Below are positions 1-11,498 of a stretch of 64,000 nucleotides of DNA, in pieces. Positions within the stretch are counted from its first letter, which is position 1. Each line of letters begins with the position of its first letter. The DNA comes from Bdellovibrionales bacterium. GTDB taxonomy: Bacteria; Bdellovibrionota; Bdellovibrionia; Bdellovibrionales; JAGQZY01. The DNA lies in the NCBI GenBank assembly GCA_964230645.1, contig CAXRHT010000002.1, forward strand, positions 800,001 to 864,000. The letters are read 5' to 3'. Under the pieces are notes generated by a model. It made no database searches. It was not told where the DNA came from and worked only from the letters and a program-made list of their open reading frames with translations. Position numbers and translations under genes: made by a program.

Positions 1-179
1 CAAGAATACCCACAGAAATCCAAAAGTCTACCCGACTCTTAGCTTCGCTATTTTCGATATTAGGTTTTGACTCAAAAATGCCCCACTCCCTAGTCTGAGT
101 ACAACTGCTAACAAGTCGCTCACACCAAAATTGTAAAGGCACAGGTCTGCAATAATCAAATACTTAAAGGCCCTATTTT

Positions 180-1577
180 CTAGTCACAAAATGGTATCTG
201 TAAAAAGATGCCTTCATCTAAATAATCTCCTAAGAGCAGGAGATCCTCTTCTGGAAGATATTCAGTGAGGTCAGAGACAAATTTCTGATCCTCTTCAATC
301 CAAGAAATTTTCAAAGTCTCGTCAACTCTGTCGCTGGCGAGAAGACGCTCTAATGTCTGGGCCTCGGTTTGAGGCAGGAAGTCTTGGCGATCCCTGTAGG
401 CAAAAGGAATCTCAAAAGAGTATGAGCCCGCTTTCACACAGACGGGAAGCTTTGGAAATTGATTTTCTATATAGGCCTTGAAGACGCGATCGAAAGCAAA
501 GGAGGTCGTCACCTTGTTTTTAAAAAATAAAACTTCTCTTTTGGATTGGTAATCCTCAGACCATCTCACTTTTTCACTGTTATTGGCCAAGTTGACTTCA
601 TCTCCAATCTCATCAAAAGAGGCTCGCCAAAGTCTCTGCTGCAAAGACTTTGAATAAAGCTCAGAAAGCCTAGAATAGGAACGTCCTGGAAAGTTGCAAT
701 GAGAGAAAGTTTGATGGCGATTTAAAGCAGGAATACAACTTAGATGCACGCCACCTCCAAAGTTCTGCCTAATGTTGGGATATTTGTCTCGGAAAAACTG
801 GGCCCAGGAGTCGTTTGACCTTTCTACTGAAACACCAAAAGAGTGAACACCAACAAGCTTGCCGTTTTGATTATAATATCCACTTCCGGAATTTCCTGAA
901 ATCAAATTGCGGTCACAATGGCTGATGTCGATTAGTGGAGAGCGGGAACCTAAATTATGCTGAGATAAAAAGAAGTTTGTGTTTGCCAAACATTGAGTTT
1001 TGCGCACTCGTCCTAAAGACGAAGTTTCTGCATCGAGATCAAAATCGACCTTGTACATATCAACTCTCATGGCCGTAGTGATGCCTTGTACTGACTTATC
1101 AGCCGGTTTCCTATCAACAGGCTGACTCAAGCGAAGTAAAGCCCAGTCAGGATAGGCGACCTGATTTGAAAACTCTTGATCCGAAAGCTTCTTGATGTAG
1201 GAACAATCTCTTTTCTCCATGGGTTTGCCATTGGCTTGGGGAAAAATAATGTTAATTCGCCCCACACAGAAAGCCCCTTCGCTTTTTAGATCTTCCGGAA
1301 GACAGTGAGAATTGGTCAGTACTGTATTTCTTGAAACCAAGGTCAAGGAGCAGGCCTTGATTTCTAAACGATCAGCGGAAAGAGAAAGAAGACCTCCCAC
1401 GGACTCAGGGCACTCGCCTGCCTCAAGGTCACAAACAATTTGAGAATTATTAAATGATCTCTCGGCCGTTTTACGATCTTCAAAAACTCTTTCATCGAGA
1501 TTTTTACTCTCCCCTTCAAACCATCCACAGCTTGAGAGCAAAGTCATAATAAGTAAGCCTAAAAATCCCGTTTTCAT
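180..1577 (-). CDS. Trypsin-like (S1) serine protease, lipoprotein
   Basis: Lipobox LSSC; TNSHC (His), PDWALL (Asp), GNSGSG (Ser) motifs. Confidence 0.8.
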   Translation of the reverse strand: MKTGFLGLLIMTLLSSCGWFEGESKNLDERVFEDRKTAERSFNNSQIVCDLEAGECPESVGGLLSLSADRLEIKACSLTLVSRNTVLTNSHCLPEDLKSEGAFCVGRINIIFPQANGKPMEKRDCSYIKKLSDQEFSNQVAYPDWALLRLSQPVDRKPADKSVQGITTAMRVDMYKVDFDLDAETSSLGRVRKTQCLANTNFFLSQHNLGSRSPLIDISHCDRNLISGNSGSGYYNQNGKLVGVHSFGVSVERSNDSWAQFFRDKYPNIRQNFGGGVHLSCIPALNRHQTFSHCNFPGRSYSRLSELYSKSLQQRLWRASFDEIGDEVNLANNSEKVRWSEDYQSKREVLFFKNKVTTSFAFDRVFKAYIENQFPKLPVCVKAGSYSFEIPFAYRDRQDFLPQTEAQTLERLLASDRVDETLKISWIEEDQKFVSDLTEYLPEEDLLLLGDYLDEGIFLQIPFCD

Positions 1578-1649
1578 ATCGCCAAAAAACTAACATAAAT
1601 TGGTGCTGGAATCTGGGCCCTGTGACTTTATTGTAAATAATTTAGGTAC

Positions 1650-2747
1650 TTACTGCCTCAAAAAGGTTTTAGAGGACATCTCATGAGGGCTTTTAAAGAA
1701 GGCCTCAATCACTTTCTTAGCCCCCTCCAAATTCTTTGCTCCACTGACTTTACCATGAAGTGCGTGACCAAAAGGAAGCCAAACAGCACTGGTTTTGACA
1801 TGAAAATTAAATTTTCTATAGGCCAGAGGACCCGGGAAGACTTCGGCCATGAGCTCAATAAGTCTTAAAAGACTGCGACCATATTCCGCGCCCTCTTCTC
1901 GGGGCGTCTGTGGAGCTTTTCCGGAACGTCCCGGAGGAGGAGGAAAACCCAACTTCTCACCCAGTTGCCAAAATAACCAGGGCCGAGCCGTCAGCACCCT
2001 GCCTGCCATCACCATATCGCATTGGGTTTGCTCGAGCATTGACTCCACATCTTGAGCAATCTGGATATCCCCATTTCCGATCACTGGGATAGAAACCAAG
2101 TCCACAAGGTCTCGTATTTGATTCCAGTCGGCAAAGCCTTTTCGCTTTTGAGAAGCCGTTCTAGGGTGAAGGCAAAGCCAAGAGGCCCCGGCCTGCTCCA
2201 GAGCTTTCACAAAATTTTTCCAGTGATCTCGGTTTTCGAGATCAACACCTCTTAATTTTACAGAAACAGGTCCTGGAGTTTCCGCCACAGTCATACGAAC
2301 CACTTGAGCAGCGTAGTCCACATCCCCCATAAGGGAAACACCATAATTGTGTTTTAAAGCCTTTCGTACCGGACACCCCATATTGATATCAATTCCCTGG
2401 GCCCCATGGTCAAAAAGCTTAGCCACTGATTTCTTAATTTTATCTTCTTCGTTGGCTAGAATCTGTGGAATCCAAAAGCTCTCGTCTCCCATCCTCATCG
2501 CCTCTGGAATTTTGTGGAGTTTTTCATCGGGGATTCTGCGTGAGTTTAACATTTCACTGGGCCAAAGGGTTTTGGCTCCCTCTGGCATATACTCCCTAAT
2601 TAATTGGCGAAAAGCACAATGACTCAACCCTACCATGGGGGCCAAAGTGAGAGGGAAATTGACCTCACCAGGAAGTCCACGCTTTAAAAAACCAGGTGTT
2701 TTTATTTGCATAGCCTCTGGCTTGACCCAAGGCGAAAACAATGTCAA
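1650..2747 (-). CDS. tRNA-dihydrouridine synthase (Dus family); start may be ATG at 2711
   Basis: LAPMVG, IDINMGCP, HPRT, IGNGDI motifs. Confidence 0.9.
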   Translation of the reverse strand: MTLFSPWVKPEAMQIKTPGFLKRGLPGEVNFPLTLAPMVGLSHCAFRQLIREYMPEGAKTLWPSEMLNSRRIPDEKLHKIPEAMRMGDESFWIPQILANEEDKIKKSVAKLFDHGAQGIDINMGCPVRKALKHNYGVSLMGDVDYAAQVVRMTVAETPGPVSVKLRGVDLENRDHWKNFVKALEQAGASWLCLHPRTASQKRKGFADWNQIRDLVDLVSIPVIGNGDIQIAQDVESMLEQTQCDMVMAGRVLTARPWLFWQLGEKLGFPPPPGRSGKAPQTPREEGAEYGRSLLRLIELMAEVFPGPLAYRKFNFHVKTSAVWLPFGHALHGKVSGAKNLEGAKKVIEAFFKSPHEMSSKTFLRQ

Positions 2748-2777
2748 TTTTCTTTTTTTGTCACCTGAGAGGAAATC

Positions 2778-3887
2778 TTGAAAAAATTAAAGCCTGGTAT
2801 CAAGTTAGGATATTTAGGAGGTGGTCAACTTGCGCGCATGCTTGCCGAAAGTGCCTCCCATTATGGACTCGAGCCCCATGTCCTATCCGAAAAAGCCAAT
2901 GATCCCGCCGCACAAGTCACGAGATTTTGGCAGAAAGGCTCTCCAAAAAACAAAGCACAATTGCGAAGTTTTTTAAAAAAAGTGGATATCGCCACTTTTG
3001 AAAGTGAATTTCTAGAGCCGCAACTTCTGCAGGAGCTTAAAAAAGAAACAAAAACAAAAATTTATCCTTCTCCAAGAATCATGGGGCAACTAAGAGACCG
3101 GAAAAGTCAAAAAAGACTCTTTGACCTTTACCATCTCCCCACCTCACCCTGGAATGTGGTTAACACAGAAAAAGAGGTCCTTACCTTTGTGGATCAATTC
3201 CAACTTCCTTTGGTTTTTAAAAAGAGAGTTTATGGGTACGACGGCTATGGCACTTACGTCGTAAAAACCCCATTCCAGCTCGCCCAGTTTTTAAAAAATG
3301 ATTTTAAAAAAGACACTTTTATCGTCGAAGACTTTATCCCCTTTGAAAAAGAATGCGCCATTATAATGGCTCGCAGTAGTGATAAGAGCATCACTCACCT
3401 TCCCATGGTCGAAAGTTTCCAAAAAGACTCTCGCTGTGACTGGGTCAAGGGCCCTGTAAAGGTAAAAAGATCACAAGCCTTGATCAATCAACTTAAAAAG
3501 TTTCTCGAAGGGATAAAGTATGTGGGTGTTATGGGAGTGGAGCTTTTCGTTACGCGCCATGGACTTATTATTAACGAAATAGCACCTCGAGTTCACAATA
3601 CAGGCCATTACTCCTTGAGCACTCCCGGTATGAGCCAGTTTGATCTTCATAATATGTGCCTCCTGGGACAGAAATTACCGAAACACGAAATCAAATCGGG
3701 CTTTGCAATGGCCAATCTTATTGGCGGAGGGCGCAACGTTCAATTTCAACCCATCGATGAACTTTACTGGTATGGTAAAGAAGACAATCGAAAAGGACGA
3801 AAAATGGGTCATATTAATGCCCTTGGGCCCAACCCAACAACCGCTCTTAAAAAGGCCCTTCGTCGCAGAAAGGATATAAAGCTATGA
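2778..3887 (+). CDS. purK: N5-carboxyaminoimidazole ribonucleotide synthase
   Basis: [34 protein letters not shown] start with GAGG RBS. Confidence 0.95.
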   Translation: MKKLKPGIKLGYLGGGQLARMLAESASHYGLEPHVLSEKANDPAAQVTRFWQKGSPKNKAQLRSFLKKVDIATFESEFLEPQLLQELKKETKTKIYPSPRIMGQLRDRKSQKRLFDLYHLPTSPWNVVNTEKEVLTFVDQFQLPLVFKKRVYGYDGYGTYVVKTPFQLAQFLKNDFKKDTFIVEDFIPFEKECAIIMARSSDKSITHLPMVESFQKDSRCDWVKGPVKVKRSQALINQLKKFLEGIKYVGVMGVELFVTRHGLIINEIAPRVHNTGHYSLSTPGMSQFDLHNMCLLGQKLPKHEIKSGFAMANLIGGGRNVQFQPIDELYWYGKEDNRKGRKMGHINALGPNPTTALKKALRRRKDIKL

Positions 3888-4381
3888 AAGCCAAGGTCGC
3901 CATCATTATGGGGAGTGAGTCGGATTGGAAAATTATGGAGGCCGCAGCCGAAGCGCTTAAAGAGTTTGCCATTCCCTATGAAGTTGAGGTGGTCTCAGCC
4001 CATCGCACGCCTGACAAAATGAAAAGCTTTGCCAAAAAGGCCGAAAAAAATGGCATTAAGGCGATCATCGCAGGCGCAGGAGGTGCGGCCCATCTTCCCG
4101 GTATGATGGCCTCTCTCACCACTCTCCCTGTGATCGGCGTGCCTGTTAAGTTGAAGACTTTAGGAGGATTAGACTCCCTACTTTCTATTGCTCAAATGCC
4201 AAAGGGTGTGCCAGTGGCAACAATGGCCATTGATAATGCTTACAATGCCGGCCTATTTGCGGCTCGTATCGTTGGGGTCAATTCCAAAAGGACCCAGTCG
4301 AAGCTTGATACTTACCGTAAGAATCTTAAAGTGAAAGTTCAAAAAATGAACTCTAACTTAAAACAGCTTCTCTCTGAGTGA
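3884..4381 (+). CDS. purE: N5-CAIR mutase
   Basis: [29 protein letters not shown] overlap with purK. Confidence 0.97.
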   Translation: MKAKVAIIMGSESDWKIMEAAAEALKEFAIPYEVEVVSAHRTPDKMKSFAKKAEKNGIKAIIAGAGGAAHLPGMMASLTTLPVIGVPVKLKTLGGLDSLLSIAQMPKGVPVATMAIDNAYNAGLFAARIVGVNSKRTQSKLDTYRKNLKVKVQKMNSNLKQLLSE

Positions 4382-4464
4382 CTCAGCCCGACAATCTGGT
4401 GATTCAATACTGGAGAATTTTTGACCATTGGGTATAAATGTCCTTTCAAAAAGGAGTCCCAGTT

Positions 4465-7461
4465 ATGTCACTGCGTAAAATCTTTGCAATTTCTCTTATT
4501 CCCCTACTCGCGATAAATTGCACTAAAAAAAGTTCTGAAAAAACGTCCGAGAAGTCCTCGCAAGTGAACACTCAAGTTGAGGGCTACCAATTTCTTAGTA
4601 AAGAAGATGTATCATCTATTGATAGTACTGTTATTCAAATGGAGCATAAAAAATCAGGTGCCCAGATCGTGCTTCTTAAAAACGATGACCCGGCTCGCTC
4701 CTTTATGGTGGGTTTTCGCACACCTCCTTATGACGACACCGGACTCTTTCATATTTTTGAACATGCCGTTCTTGAAGGCTCCAGACTCTACCCCTCTAAG
4801 TCCAATTTTTTTCACCTAGCAAACTCCTCGGTGGCGAGCTTTATTAACGCCATGACGGGATCCGTTTATACTTTGTATCCGTTCGTGACCCGTTCTTCTA
4901 AAGACTTCGATAACCTTCTATCGGTTTACATGGATGCCGTGTTTTTTCCAAATGTTCTGAAAGACCCTCGTATTATTAAGCGTGAAGGATGGCGCTATGA
5001 GATGACTTCCGATGGAAAGCTCGCCATCAATGGAATTGTTCTTAGTGAAATGAAGGGGGCCTTTTCAAGCCCCTACCGCTCCATTTGGTTTAATGTCACC
5101 CGAGCCATGGTGCCTGACACTCCTTTTAACTACTCCAGCGGAGGACTTCCATCTAAGGTGGCGACTTTGACTTTTGAACAGATCAAGGAAGCTCACAAAA
5201 AATATTATCACCCACAAAATTCCGTCATCTATCTTTATGGGGACGTAGACCACCAGAAAGCTTTAAAAACTATTGATGAAGACTTTCTCTCTAAATTTGA
5301 AAAAACCGAGGACTATAAAAGACCCGCCATTGATACTCAAAAAGAGTTCAATAAACAAAACGAAATGTTTCAAGCCTCTTACCCGGGTAAAGAAGCTCCA
5401 AATCGAAGTTTTCTCGCCAAAGGTTACATCCTTGGTGAAGACCTCACGCCCACAGAAGAGACCGCCGTATCCATTCTCGCTCAAGCTTTCATTGAAAACG
5501 ATGCCTCTCCTCTTAAGTTAAGAGTTCTAAAAGAGAATCTTGCTAAAACCACCTTCAATATCAGTGTGGGTGGCGAAGAAAATGGTCTTGCCTTTGTATT
5601 TGAAGGAACAGACAAAGAATCTCTCAAAAAAATTGAGAACGTTCTTAATGAGGAGATTTCTAAAATCGTTGAAAACGGTATGGACCAAGAACTTCTCACT
5701 TCCATCCTTAATTCCTATGAGTTCACGTTTAAAGAAAAAAACAGCAACGGCTCTCACAAAGGCCTTCAACTGGGATATATTGTTCTTAATAACTGGATTT
5801 ACCAGGATCGCCCCCTTCCAGAGGCTCTTGATTTCGTGACCGAATTTAAAAAAGTAAGAGAAATCCTAAAAGATCAAACTTTTATTAAAAACTTTTTTCA
5901 GAAAAGACTGGCTAAAAACGATAAAACTAGATGGGTGGTTCTGACTCCCGATAAAGATTTTTCTACAAAGTTTAACGCTGGACTTGATAAACAAATTGAA
6001 GAGGCTCTTAAAGAGAAAGATCTCGCTGAATATAAAAAGGAAGACGACACTTTTAAAGAGTGGGTGGCTTCTAAGGAGAGTGACGAAATTCTATCGAAAA
6101 CACCGACTCTTGAATTAGCCGATATTAAAGCCGACGAAGACCCGATACCCTTTGAAAAGGAGACCGAGGATCACACCACCTATTTAAAGTACCCTCAGGA
6201 GACCAGTGGCATTTCTTATATCGATTTATATTTTGATCTCAGTGGTGTGGAGCGTGAGAATTTAAAAAATCTCAAATTTTTTACCAATTTCATTCAAAAA
6301 ACCAATACAAAAAATTATAAGTTCACTGAGCTTTCAAAAGAACTTGATACTTATTTGGGAGGACTTTCTTTTAGTTTTAGTACTTATCAATCCATGAAGG
6401 ATTTAAAGGTCTACAAGCCAACACTGACTGTAAGTCTTCGCTTTATTGATGAAAACAAAGATAAAGCCATGGCTCTGGTAAAAGAACTCCTCACCAATCA
6501 AACTTTCAGTCCAGTATCGCGAGTGAACAATCTTGTCGAAGAAATGAAAACGAATATGGTTAGTGGGATTTCTCGAAGAGCTCCGGGCCTTTCAATGCGT
6601 GCGGCTAGTAAGAACTTCTTTCCTTCTCAAGGTGCTTTTGGGGAAGAGACCAGTGGTGGCGTTTTTGAAAATTACATTCTCAATCAAGACATCAATACCG
6701 AGTCTTTGGTGAAAACCCTTAATGACGTTGCAGGGCAGGTCTTTAATCAAAAAAGACTTTTCCTGGCCTCCATTACATCAACGGATGCAAAATTAGGTTC
6801 ACTCTCTTCCGAAGTAGCCACTCTTAAAAAAGCTCTTCCCGAAGAAGCAACAGAGGATCAGACCTGGTCATTTAACGATCAACCAGATTACGATGGCTAC
6901 GCCATCCCCGGTGAAGTTCAGTATGTCTCGCAAGTAACCTCTTTTAAGGAAAAAGGAATGGAATACAATGGTTCCATGCTGGTCTACTCTCGCTATTTGA
7001 ATAATAACTATATGACTCCAAAACTTAGAGAACAGGCCGGAGCCTACGGAGGAGGAGCTTCTTTTTCCCAAAACGGACTCTTTCGCATGTCGACCTATAG
7101 AGATCCTAATTTAAGTAAAAGCTTCGATATTTTCTCCAAGGCCGTAAACTTTATGGAAAATGAAGAACTCACTGATGAGAAGTTGAAGCCTGCTATTTTA
7201 GGAAGTCTTAAGCCTTATTACCGAGACAAGTCCATATACGGAAAAACCAACACCATGACTTGGCTTTATTTAACGGATCAGACTTGGGCCGACTATATGC
7301 AAACAAAAAAGGAGATCCTCTCAACAAAGCCAAAGCACATTAAGAAAATCAACGATGTCCTAAAAAAGGCCCTCAACGATTCCTCAAAAGCCGTGGCAGG
7401 AAACGCAAAAAAGCTAAAGTCAGAGGCCGGCTTTCTAAAAAAAGTCCTCACCATCCAATAA
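4465..7461 (+). CDS. M16C presequence-protease-like (insulinase family) metallopeptidase with lipoprotein-type signal
   Basis: HIFEH inverted zincin, FINAMT, REQAGAYG, YRDP; AAGGAG RBS before ATG 4465. Confidence 0.9.
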   Translation: MSLRKIFAISLIPLLAINCTKKSSEKTSEKSSQVNTQVEGYQFLSKEDVSSIDSTVIQMEHKKSGAQIVLLKNDDPARSFMVGFRTPPYDDTGLFHIFEHAVLEGSRLYPSKSNFFHLANSSVASFINAMTGSVYTLYPFVTRSSKDFDNLLSVYMDAVFFPNVLKDPRIIKREGWRYEMTSDGKLAINGIVLSEMKGAFSSPYRSIWFNVTRAMVPDTPFNYSSGGLPSKVATLTFEQIKEAHKKYYHPQNSVIYLYGDVDHQKALKTIDEDFLSKFEKTEDYKRPAIDTQKEFNKQNEMFQASYPGKEAPNRSFLAKGYILGEDLTPTEETAVSILAQAFIENDASPLKLRVLKENLAKTTFNISVGGEENGLAFVFEGTDKESLKKIENVLNEEISKIVENGMDQELLTSILNSYEFTFKEKNSNGSHKGLQLGYIVLNNWIYQDRPLPEALDFVTEFKKVREILKDQTFIKNFFQKRLAKNDKTRWVVLTPDKDFSTKFNAGLDKQIEEALKEKDLAEYKKEDDTFKEWVASKESDEILSKTPTLELADIKADEDPIPFEKETEDHTTYLKYPQETSGISYIDLYFDLSGVERENLKNLKFFTNFIQKTNTKNYKFTELSKELDTYLGGLSFSFSTYQSMKDLKVYKPTLTVSLRFIDENKDKAMALVKELLTNQTFSPVSRVNNLVEEMKTNMVSGISRRAPGLSMRAASKNFFPSQGAFGEETSGGVFENYILNQDINTESLVKTLNDVAGQVFNQKRLFLASITSTDAKLGSLSSEVATLKKALPEEATEDQTWSFNDQPDYDGYAIPGEVQYVSQVTSFKEKGMEYNGSMLVYSRYLNNNYMTPKLREQAGAYGGGASFSQNGLFRMSTYRDPNLSKSFDIFSKAVNFMENEELTDEKLKPAILGSLKPYYRDKSIYGKTNTMTWLYLTDQTWADYMQTKKEILSTKPKHIKKINDVLKKALNDSSKAVAGNAKKLKSEAGFLKKVLTIQ

Positions 7462-7464
7462 CCA

Positions 7465-7483
7465 AAAGGTGCCTGGCACCTTT
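7465..7483. repeat. Short palindrome AAAGGTGCC-T-GGCACCTTT between convergent genes (REP-like or terminator)
   Basis: Perfect 9-bp inverted repeat around a single T. Confidence 0.55.
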
Positions 7484-7727
7484 AGTAAAGGGGTTTGCGG
7501 CATTTTATGTTTAGGGTGAAGCGGGTTTCTCCGCTTTGCTCTTTGGTCGGTCGCACTCGGTTTGTCACGAGATATCCATCAGGGCATATATCCCGCGCTC
7601 TTTCATGGCAGTTGCCGACATAGGTGAGGCACTGTACTTGGTGTTTACCGCCATCAAGCTCCCTGTCGGTTGTTGACGAGCAGGCTCCCAACATTAAAAA
7701 CGAAATTATTAGAGAGAACTTTAGCAC
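7482..7727 (-). CDS. Small Cys-containing lipoprotein
   Basis: LGAC lipobox, 4 further Cys. Confidence 0.7.
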   Translation of the reverse strand: MLKFSLIISFLMLGACSSTTDRELDGGKHQVQCLTYVGNCHERARDICPDGYLVTNRVRPTKEQSGETRFTLNIKCRKPLY

Positions 7728-8398
7728 TGAATGCCGTCCAAGGTGGTTTTTAAATTTGTGGAATCCAAAAACTTTTTAATGACTTCACACTCTTTGACCA
7801 GTTCTTTTTCGCCTTGATGCCAAGCCGTCTCGATGGCTTCCGTGTAGGGCTCAAGTAAATCATTGAGATCATTTTTTTCGATTCTTTGTCCTTGGCTTAA
7901 TTGAAAATATAAATAATAAAGGGCGCAGGCCTTCCACGCCTGTAGAAACAAGTCGTCTTCAGGTACTTTCTCAAGATTGTTCATGGCCTGTTTGAAGTCA
8001 AACCACTGACTGACAGGTTCTCCGATTAAACTCGGGCGACAAAGACATAATGTGGCTTCCACACTGTAAGTTGGAGTCTCAGAAAACATTAAGCCGGTGA
8101 TATGATCCAGGCGATCCTTACGTCGATAGCCCATATTCCAAGAGTTCATAAAAGCAAGATCTCTTATAAATAAAAAGGGATGCTCTTTTTCATAATAAAG
8201 GCTCAACTGGCTCTCGCTAAAAGCTCCATACTTTTCACTTTTATAGAGCTCTCCGAGCCACTCCATAATGTTTGAGTTAAATGGAAAATATTCTTCCATT
8301 TCCTCTTCGAACACCTGAGCGTAAGAGTCCATTAGAAGGTCAGTGGTGACCACTTTTAAATCACGATATAAAAATTGAACAGCATCGGATTGTTTCAT
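7721..8398 (-). CDS. Hypothetical protein
   Basis: 225-aa ORF overlapping the next gene. Confidence 0.65.
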   Translation of the reverse strand: MKQSDAVQFLYRDLKVVTTDLLMDSYAQVFEEEMEEYFPFNSNIMEWLGELYKSEKYGAFSESQLSLYYEKEHPFLFIRDLAFMNSWNMGYRRKDRLDHITGLMFSETPTYSVEATLCLCRPSLIGEPVSQWFDFKQAMNNLEKVPEDDLFLQAWKACALYYLYFQLSQGQRIEKNDLNDLLEPYTEAIETAWHQGEKELVKECEVIKKFLDSTNLKTTLDGIQC

Positions 8399-8600
8399 AT
8401 TGAGCTTAAGTCTAACCCACTCAACAAAATTGTGAATAGGGCTTTAAAAATAAAGGCCAATCAAGGGGGTTTCGTCTTATTTTCCAGCCCAAAGGCTTGC
8501 TTGCGTTTTAGGCAACTCCTCCATTTTGCCAAGGCTGTTTTTTTCTGCCCTAATTTGACACAGGAACTCTAATTTTTACCAAAGATGTCGATAAGATAGA

Positions 8601-10991
8601 GTGGCTCGTCTTGTTCTTTTTCTATTCACCTTTAGCTCAGTCGTTTTTTCTCAAAATTTAAGGGCGCAATTTGTGCCAGTGGCAACTTTTCAGATGAAAG
8701 CTCCGAGGGGACTTTCTTATGGGAGTTCAGCTTTTGCCTTCGATAAAGCAACAACCATTTCGCCTATTACTCCTTCTCTAGAAAATTATAACAATGGGAC
8801 CCACCCTTCACTGTCTTACTCTGTTGACCCGGCCTTGCCTGCAGGCTTATCTCTCAATCCCGTAAATGGTGAAATAAGCGGAACCCCCACAGAGTACGTA
8901 ATCACCCCTGCGAACCACACCATCACAGTCTCAAATAGTGGGGGAAGCACTGAGGTCACAATTTCTATTTCAATCTCCCCTGTCAACTACACATGGACAG
9001 GGAACGCTTTTCCCGACACAAACTGGAGTAATTCGGCGAACTGGACTGGGGGAGCCGTACCAACAACTACTAATTCTGCCACCTTTGATAGCTACTGCGC
9101 TGACTATGGTAGCGGGTGCAATGCCACCATTGACACCAACCTAACATTAAACGCTGATATTCGTATGCTTAGTGACTATACCGGAACAATCACCCAGGAT
9201 ACTGGCGTCACACTCACTCTCGGAAATAATAGCCGTGGCTCACCCAACGGAATTATTCAAAGTGGAGGAAGTTTTGTTGGAGGTGATTCAGATATCACAG
9301 TCGACATCCTAGAACTCACTGGGGGAACTTTCACTTCAACAAGTGGAAACTTGTATATTGGATACAACGCCGAATGGGGTAGAACCTCTCGCACAGTGAT
9401 TGGTGCGGGCGTTACCTTTAATCATAATAACGGGACGGTGATCCTGGATCCCACCGGAAACAACAGTGCTTTCCGAGAGAATTTTGGACTGACACTCGAT
9501 CAATCCTGGTCTCTTTACAATCTTGAATTTGATATCGATTCTGCATCAACTTATGACGGAGAGACGACGGGCAACTACCTTCGCGCTTACGGTACATCCC
9601 GTCCCATAGAAGTTGCCAACGAACTGCATTTCCGAGATGGATGGGGAATGTTCTTAGATATCGATTTTTATGGAACGGATGTCTACTTCCATTGTGATGC
9701 TCCCACTTTTGATAAATGCTCGGACGGGCTACGAGAGCAAAATAACTCATCTATTCCTAACCATGGCGAATTAAGATTTAAAGGATCGACGGCACAGACT
9801 TATAATTACGACGCTGGTGCTGACTCTTGGCATCGTTTTGTGATTGATAATCCCAACGGAGTCACGACTTCTAGTACAGGAGACTTTTCAGTGGCTGGGC
9901 TTAATATAATGAATGGCTCCTTTAGTGCTCCTTTGGCCTCGGACTTTCACCTGTTCCGAGAGACCGACACTCACTATATGGATAACCCCCTAGGCTTCCA
10001 GATTGGAGCAACGGGAACCTTCTTCCACAATAATAGTAATGTTATCATTTCCGCAGAAAGACACTCTTATGGTGACCATCGTAGCAACTTTACTTTTCAA
10101 GATGACGCCACCTTTTACGATTTGACGATCAATCTCTACAGTCGTGATGCGACCAATGGGCGTGATGAAAATTACCTTGATTTAGAAGCGACGATCACAG
10201 TCCTTAATGATTTAGAAATTAATGATGGTCGGGTTTACGGAAACCCTGGGGTTATCGAAGTTCAAGGGGATTATCGCAGAACTTGCTCACAACTCACTCC
10301 CAGAAACCTTTGCCCTGGAAACGATTTCGGTAACCTGACTTATCGATTCACCAATGGTTCAAAGACAATATTGCTCGAACAGTTTGCCGGTGAACAAATG
10401 AGCAGTAGTATCGATTACAATATCGACCCAGGCGCTGGTGAAACAGTCACTTTGCAAGGCTTTGGTGGCATGAATGGCTCTGGTAACGACTTTACTGTGA
10501 GTAGCGGAACCTTTCATATCGATACCAACTCAGGCCTCCGGGTGGAAGACCTCCACAACAACGCGGCTATCACTTGCGCAATTGGCTCCTACTTACAATA
10601 CGATGGCGCTTTAGATGGAACTCCCGGCGCTGGTAATAACACGGCTTGCTACGGTTCAGGCCCTTCAGATGTAACTTTTGACCCCAGTGTAGACTGGGCT
10701 GACTTCTCAGGGACATCGGCGGCTGTGACACTGGTAGGAGTCAACGTGCAAATTGAAATTCAAATTGAGGTTAATCACACTCTTGGTTCCCCAGTCATTC
10801 AATTCCGTGAAAGTAGTTTTGGCTGGAGAACACTTGGAGATGGTGCCACCCAAAATATTAATATCTTACCTACTGAGACACTTGAATTTCGCACTAACGG
10901 TGGCAGTTCCGGTGACCAGGCCACTATAACGATTCGCAATGTCGACAATGCCAACGCTGTGGTTGACACGATAACGGCCACAGTCCCCTAA
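8601..10991 (+). CDS. Secreted putative-Ig-domain / beta-helix adhesin-like protein
   Basis: Signal peptide; PALPAGLSLNPVNGEISGTP (putative Ig), WTG..NWSNSANW, Gly/Thr-rich repeats. Confidence 0.75.
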   Translation: MARLVLFLFTFSSVVFSQNLRAQFVPVATFQMKAPRGLSYGSSAFAFDKATTISPITPSLENYNNGTHPSLSYSVDPALPAGLSLNPVNGEISGTPTEYVITPANHTITVSNSGGSTEVTISISISPVNYTWTGNAFPDTNWSNSANWTGGAVPTTTNSATFDSYCADYGSGCNATIDTNLTLNADIRMLSDYTGTITQDTGVTLTLGNNSRGSPNGIIQSGGSFVGGDSDITVDILELTGGTFTSTSGNLYIGYNAEWGRTSRTVIGAGVTFNHNNGTVILDPTGNNSAFRENFGLTLDQSWSLYNLEFDIDSASTYDGETTGNYLRAYGTSRPIEVANELHFRDGWGMFLDIDFYGTDVYFHCDAPTFDKCSDGLREQNNSSIPNHGELRFKGSTAQTYNYDAGADSWHRFVIDNPNGVTTSSTGDFSVAGLNIMNGSFSAPLASDFHLFRETDTHYMDNPLGFQIGATGTFFHNNSNVIISAERHSYGDHRSNFTFQDDATFYDLTINLYSRDATNGRDENYLDLEATITVLNDLEINDGRVYGNPGVIEVQGDYRRTCSQLTPRNLCPGNDFGNLTYRFTNGSKTILLEQFAGEQMSSSIDYNIDPGAGETVTLQGFGGMNGSGNDFTVSSGTFHIDTNSGLRVEDLHNNAAITCAIGSYLQYDGALDGTPGAGNNTACYGSGPSDVTFDPSVDWADFSGTSAAVTLVGVNVQIEIQIEVNHTLGSPVIQFRESSFGWRTLGDGATQNINILPTETLEFRTNGGSSGDQATITIRNVDNANAVVDTITATVP

Positions 10992-11023
10992 AAAAAAACC
11001 ACATCCGTCATAGATGTGGTTTT
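10991..11023. terminator. Bidirectional intrinsic terminator
   Basis: AAAACCACATC/GATGTGGTTTT stem between convergent genes. Confidence 0.75.
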
Positions 11024-11063
11024 GATTTATTAAAATTTTATTCGGCCCAGCTTCTGAACTTTT

Positions 11064-11498
11064 TTATCTTCTGCCTGATTTGATTTTAACCTGCAGTTTA
11101 GAAATGAGGTGTACAGCCATTTTTTCATGGACTTTACACATTTTAAGTTCATCTTTTCGGTAAGAACGTTGACTCGGTGTTAATGTTCCCGTTTCAAGTT
11201 CCATCTCATAATCCATTTTGTTGGCACGAATGCCTTCAAGCTCTTTGGTTTGTCTTTTAAAAAGCTTGTTCACTCCGCTCAGTGGAGCCACTTCAATCCA
11301 CTCTTCCTTGGAGCGGTACCAGCTTACCATTCTCAAAAAACGAGCTTTGTTTTTTGCGAGTGTAAATTGGGGATATTCTGATTCTTCGAGCTCTAATATA
11401 TTGTCGTACTTGTCGAGATCGAGATCATCCATTGTATTAAATACAACATCGTTTTGAGCTTCCGTATTCCCCGCTGGCGTTTCAGTCATAGTATCCAT
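11064..11498 (-). CDS. Hypothetical protein
   Basis: 144-aa ORF with AAGGAGG RBS. Confidence 0.75.
   Translation of the reverse strand: MDTMTETPAGNTEAQNDVVFNTMDDLDLDKYDNILELEESEYPQFTLAKNKARFLRMVSWYRSKEEWIEVAPLSGVNKLFKRQTKELEGIRANKMDYEMELETGTLTPSQRSYRKDELKMCKVHEKMAVHLISKLQVKIKSGRR

Noticed and set aside
8568..8594. Sigma28 promoter TCTAATTT-N11-GTCGATAA
   Set aside because: Partial match, and only 6 nt from the predicted start; too weak to call.
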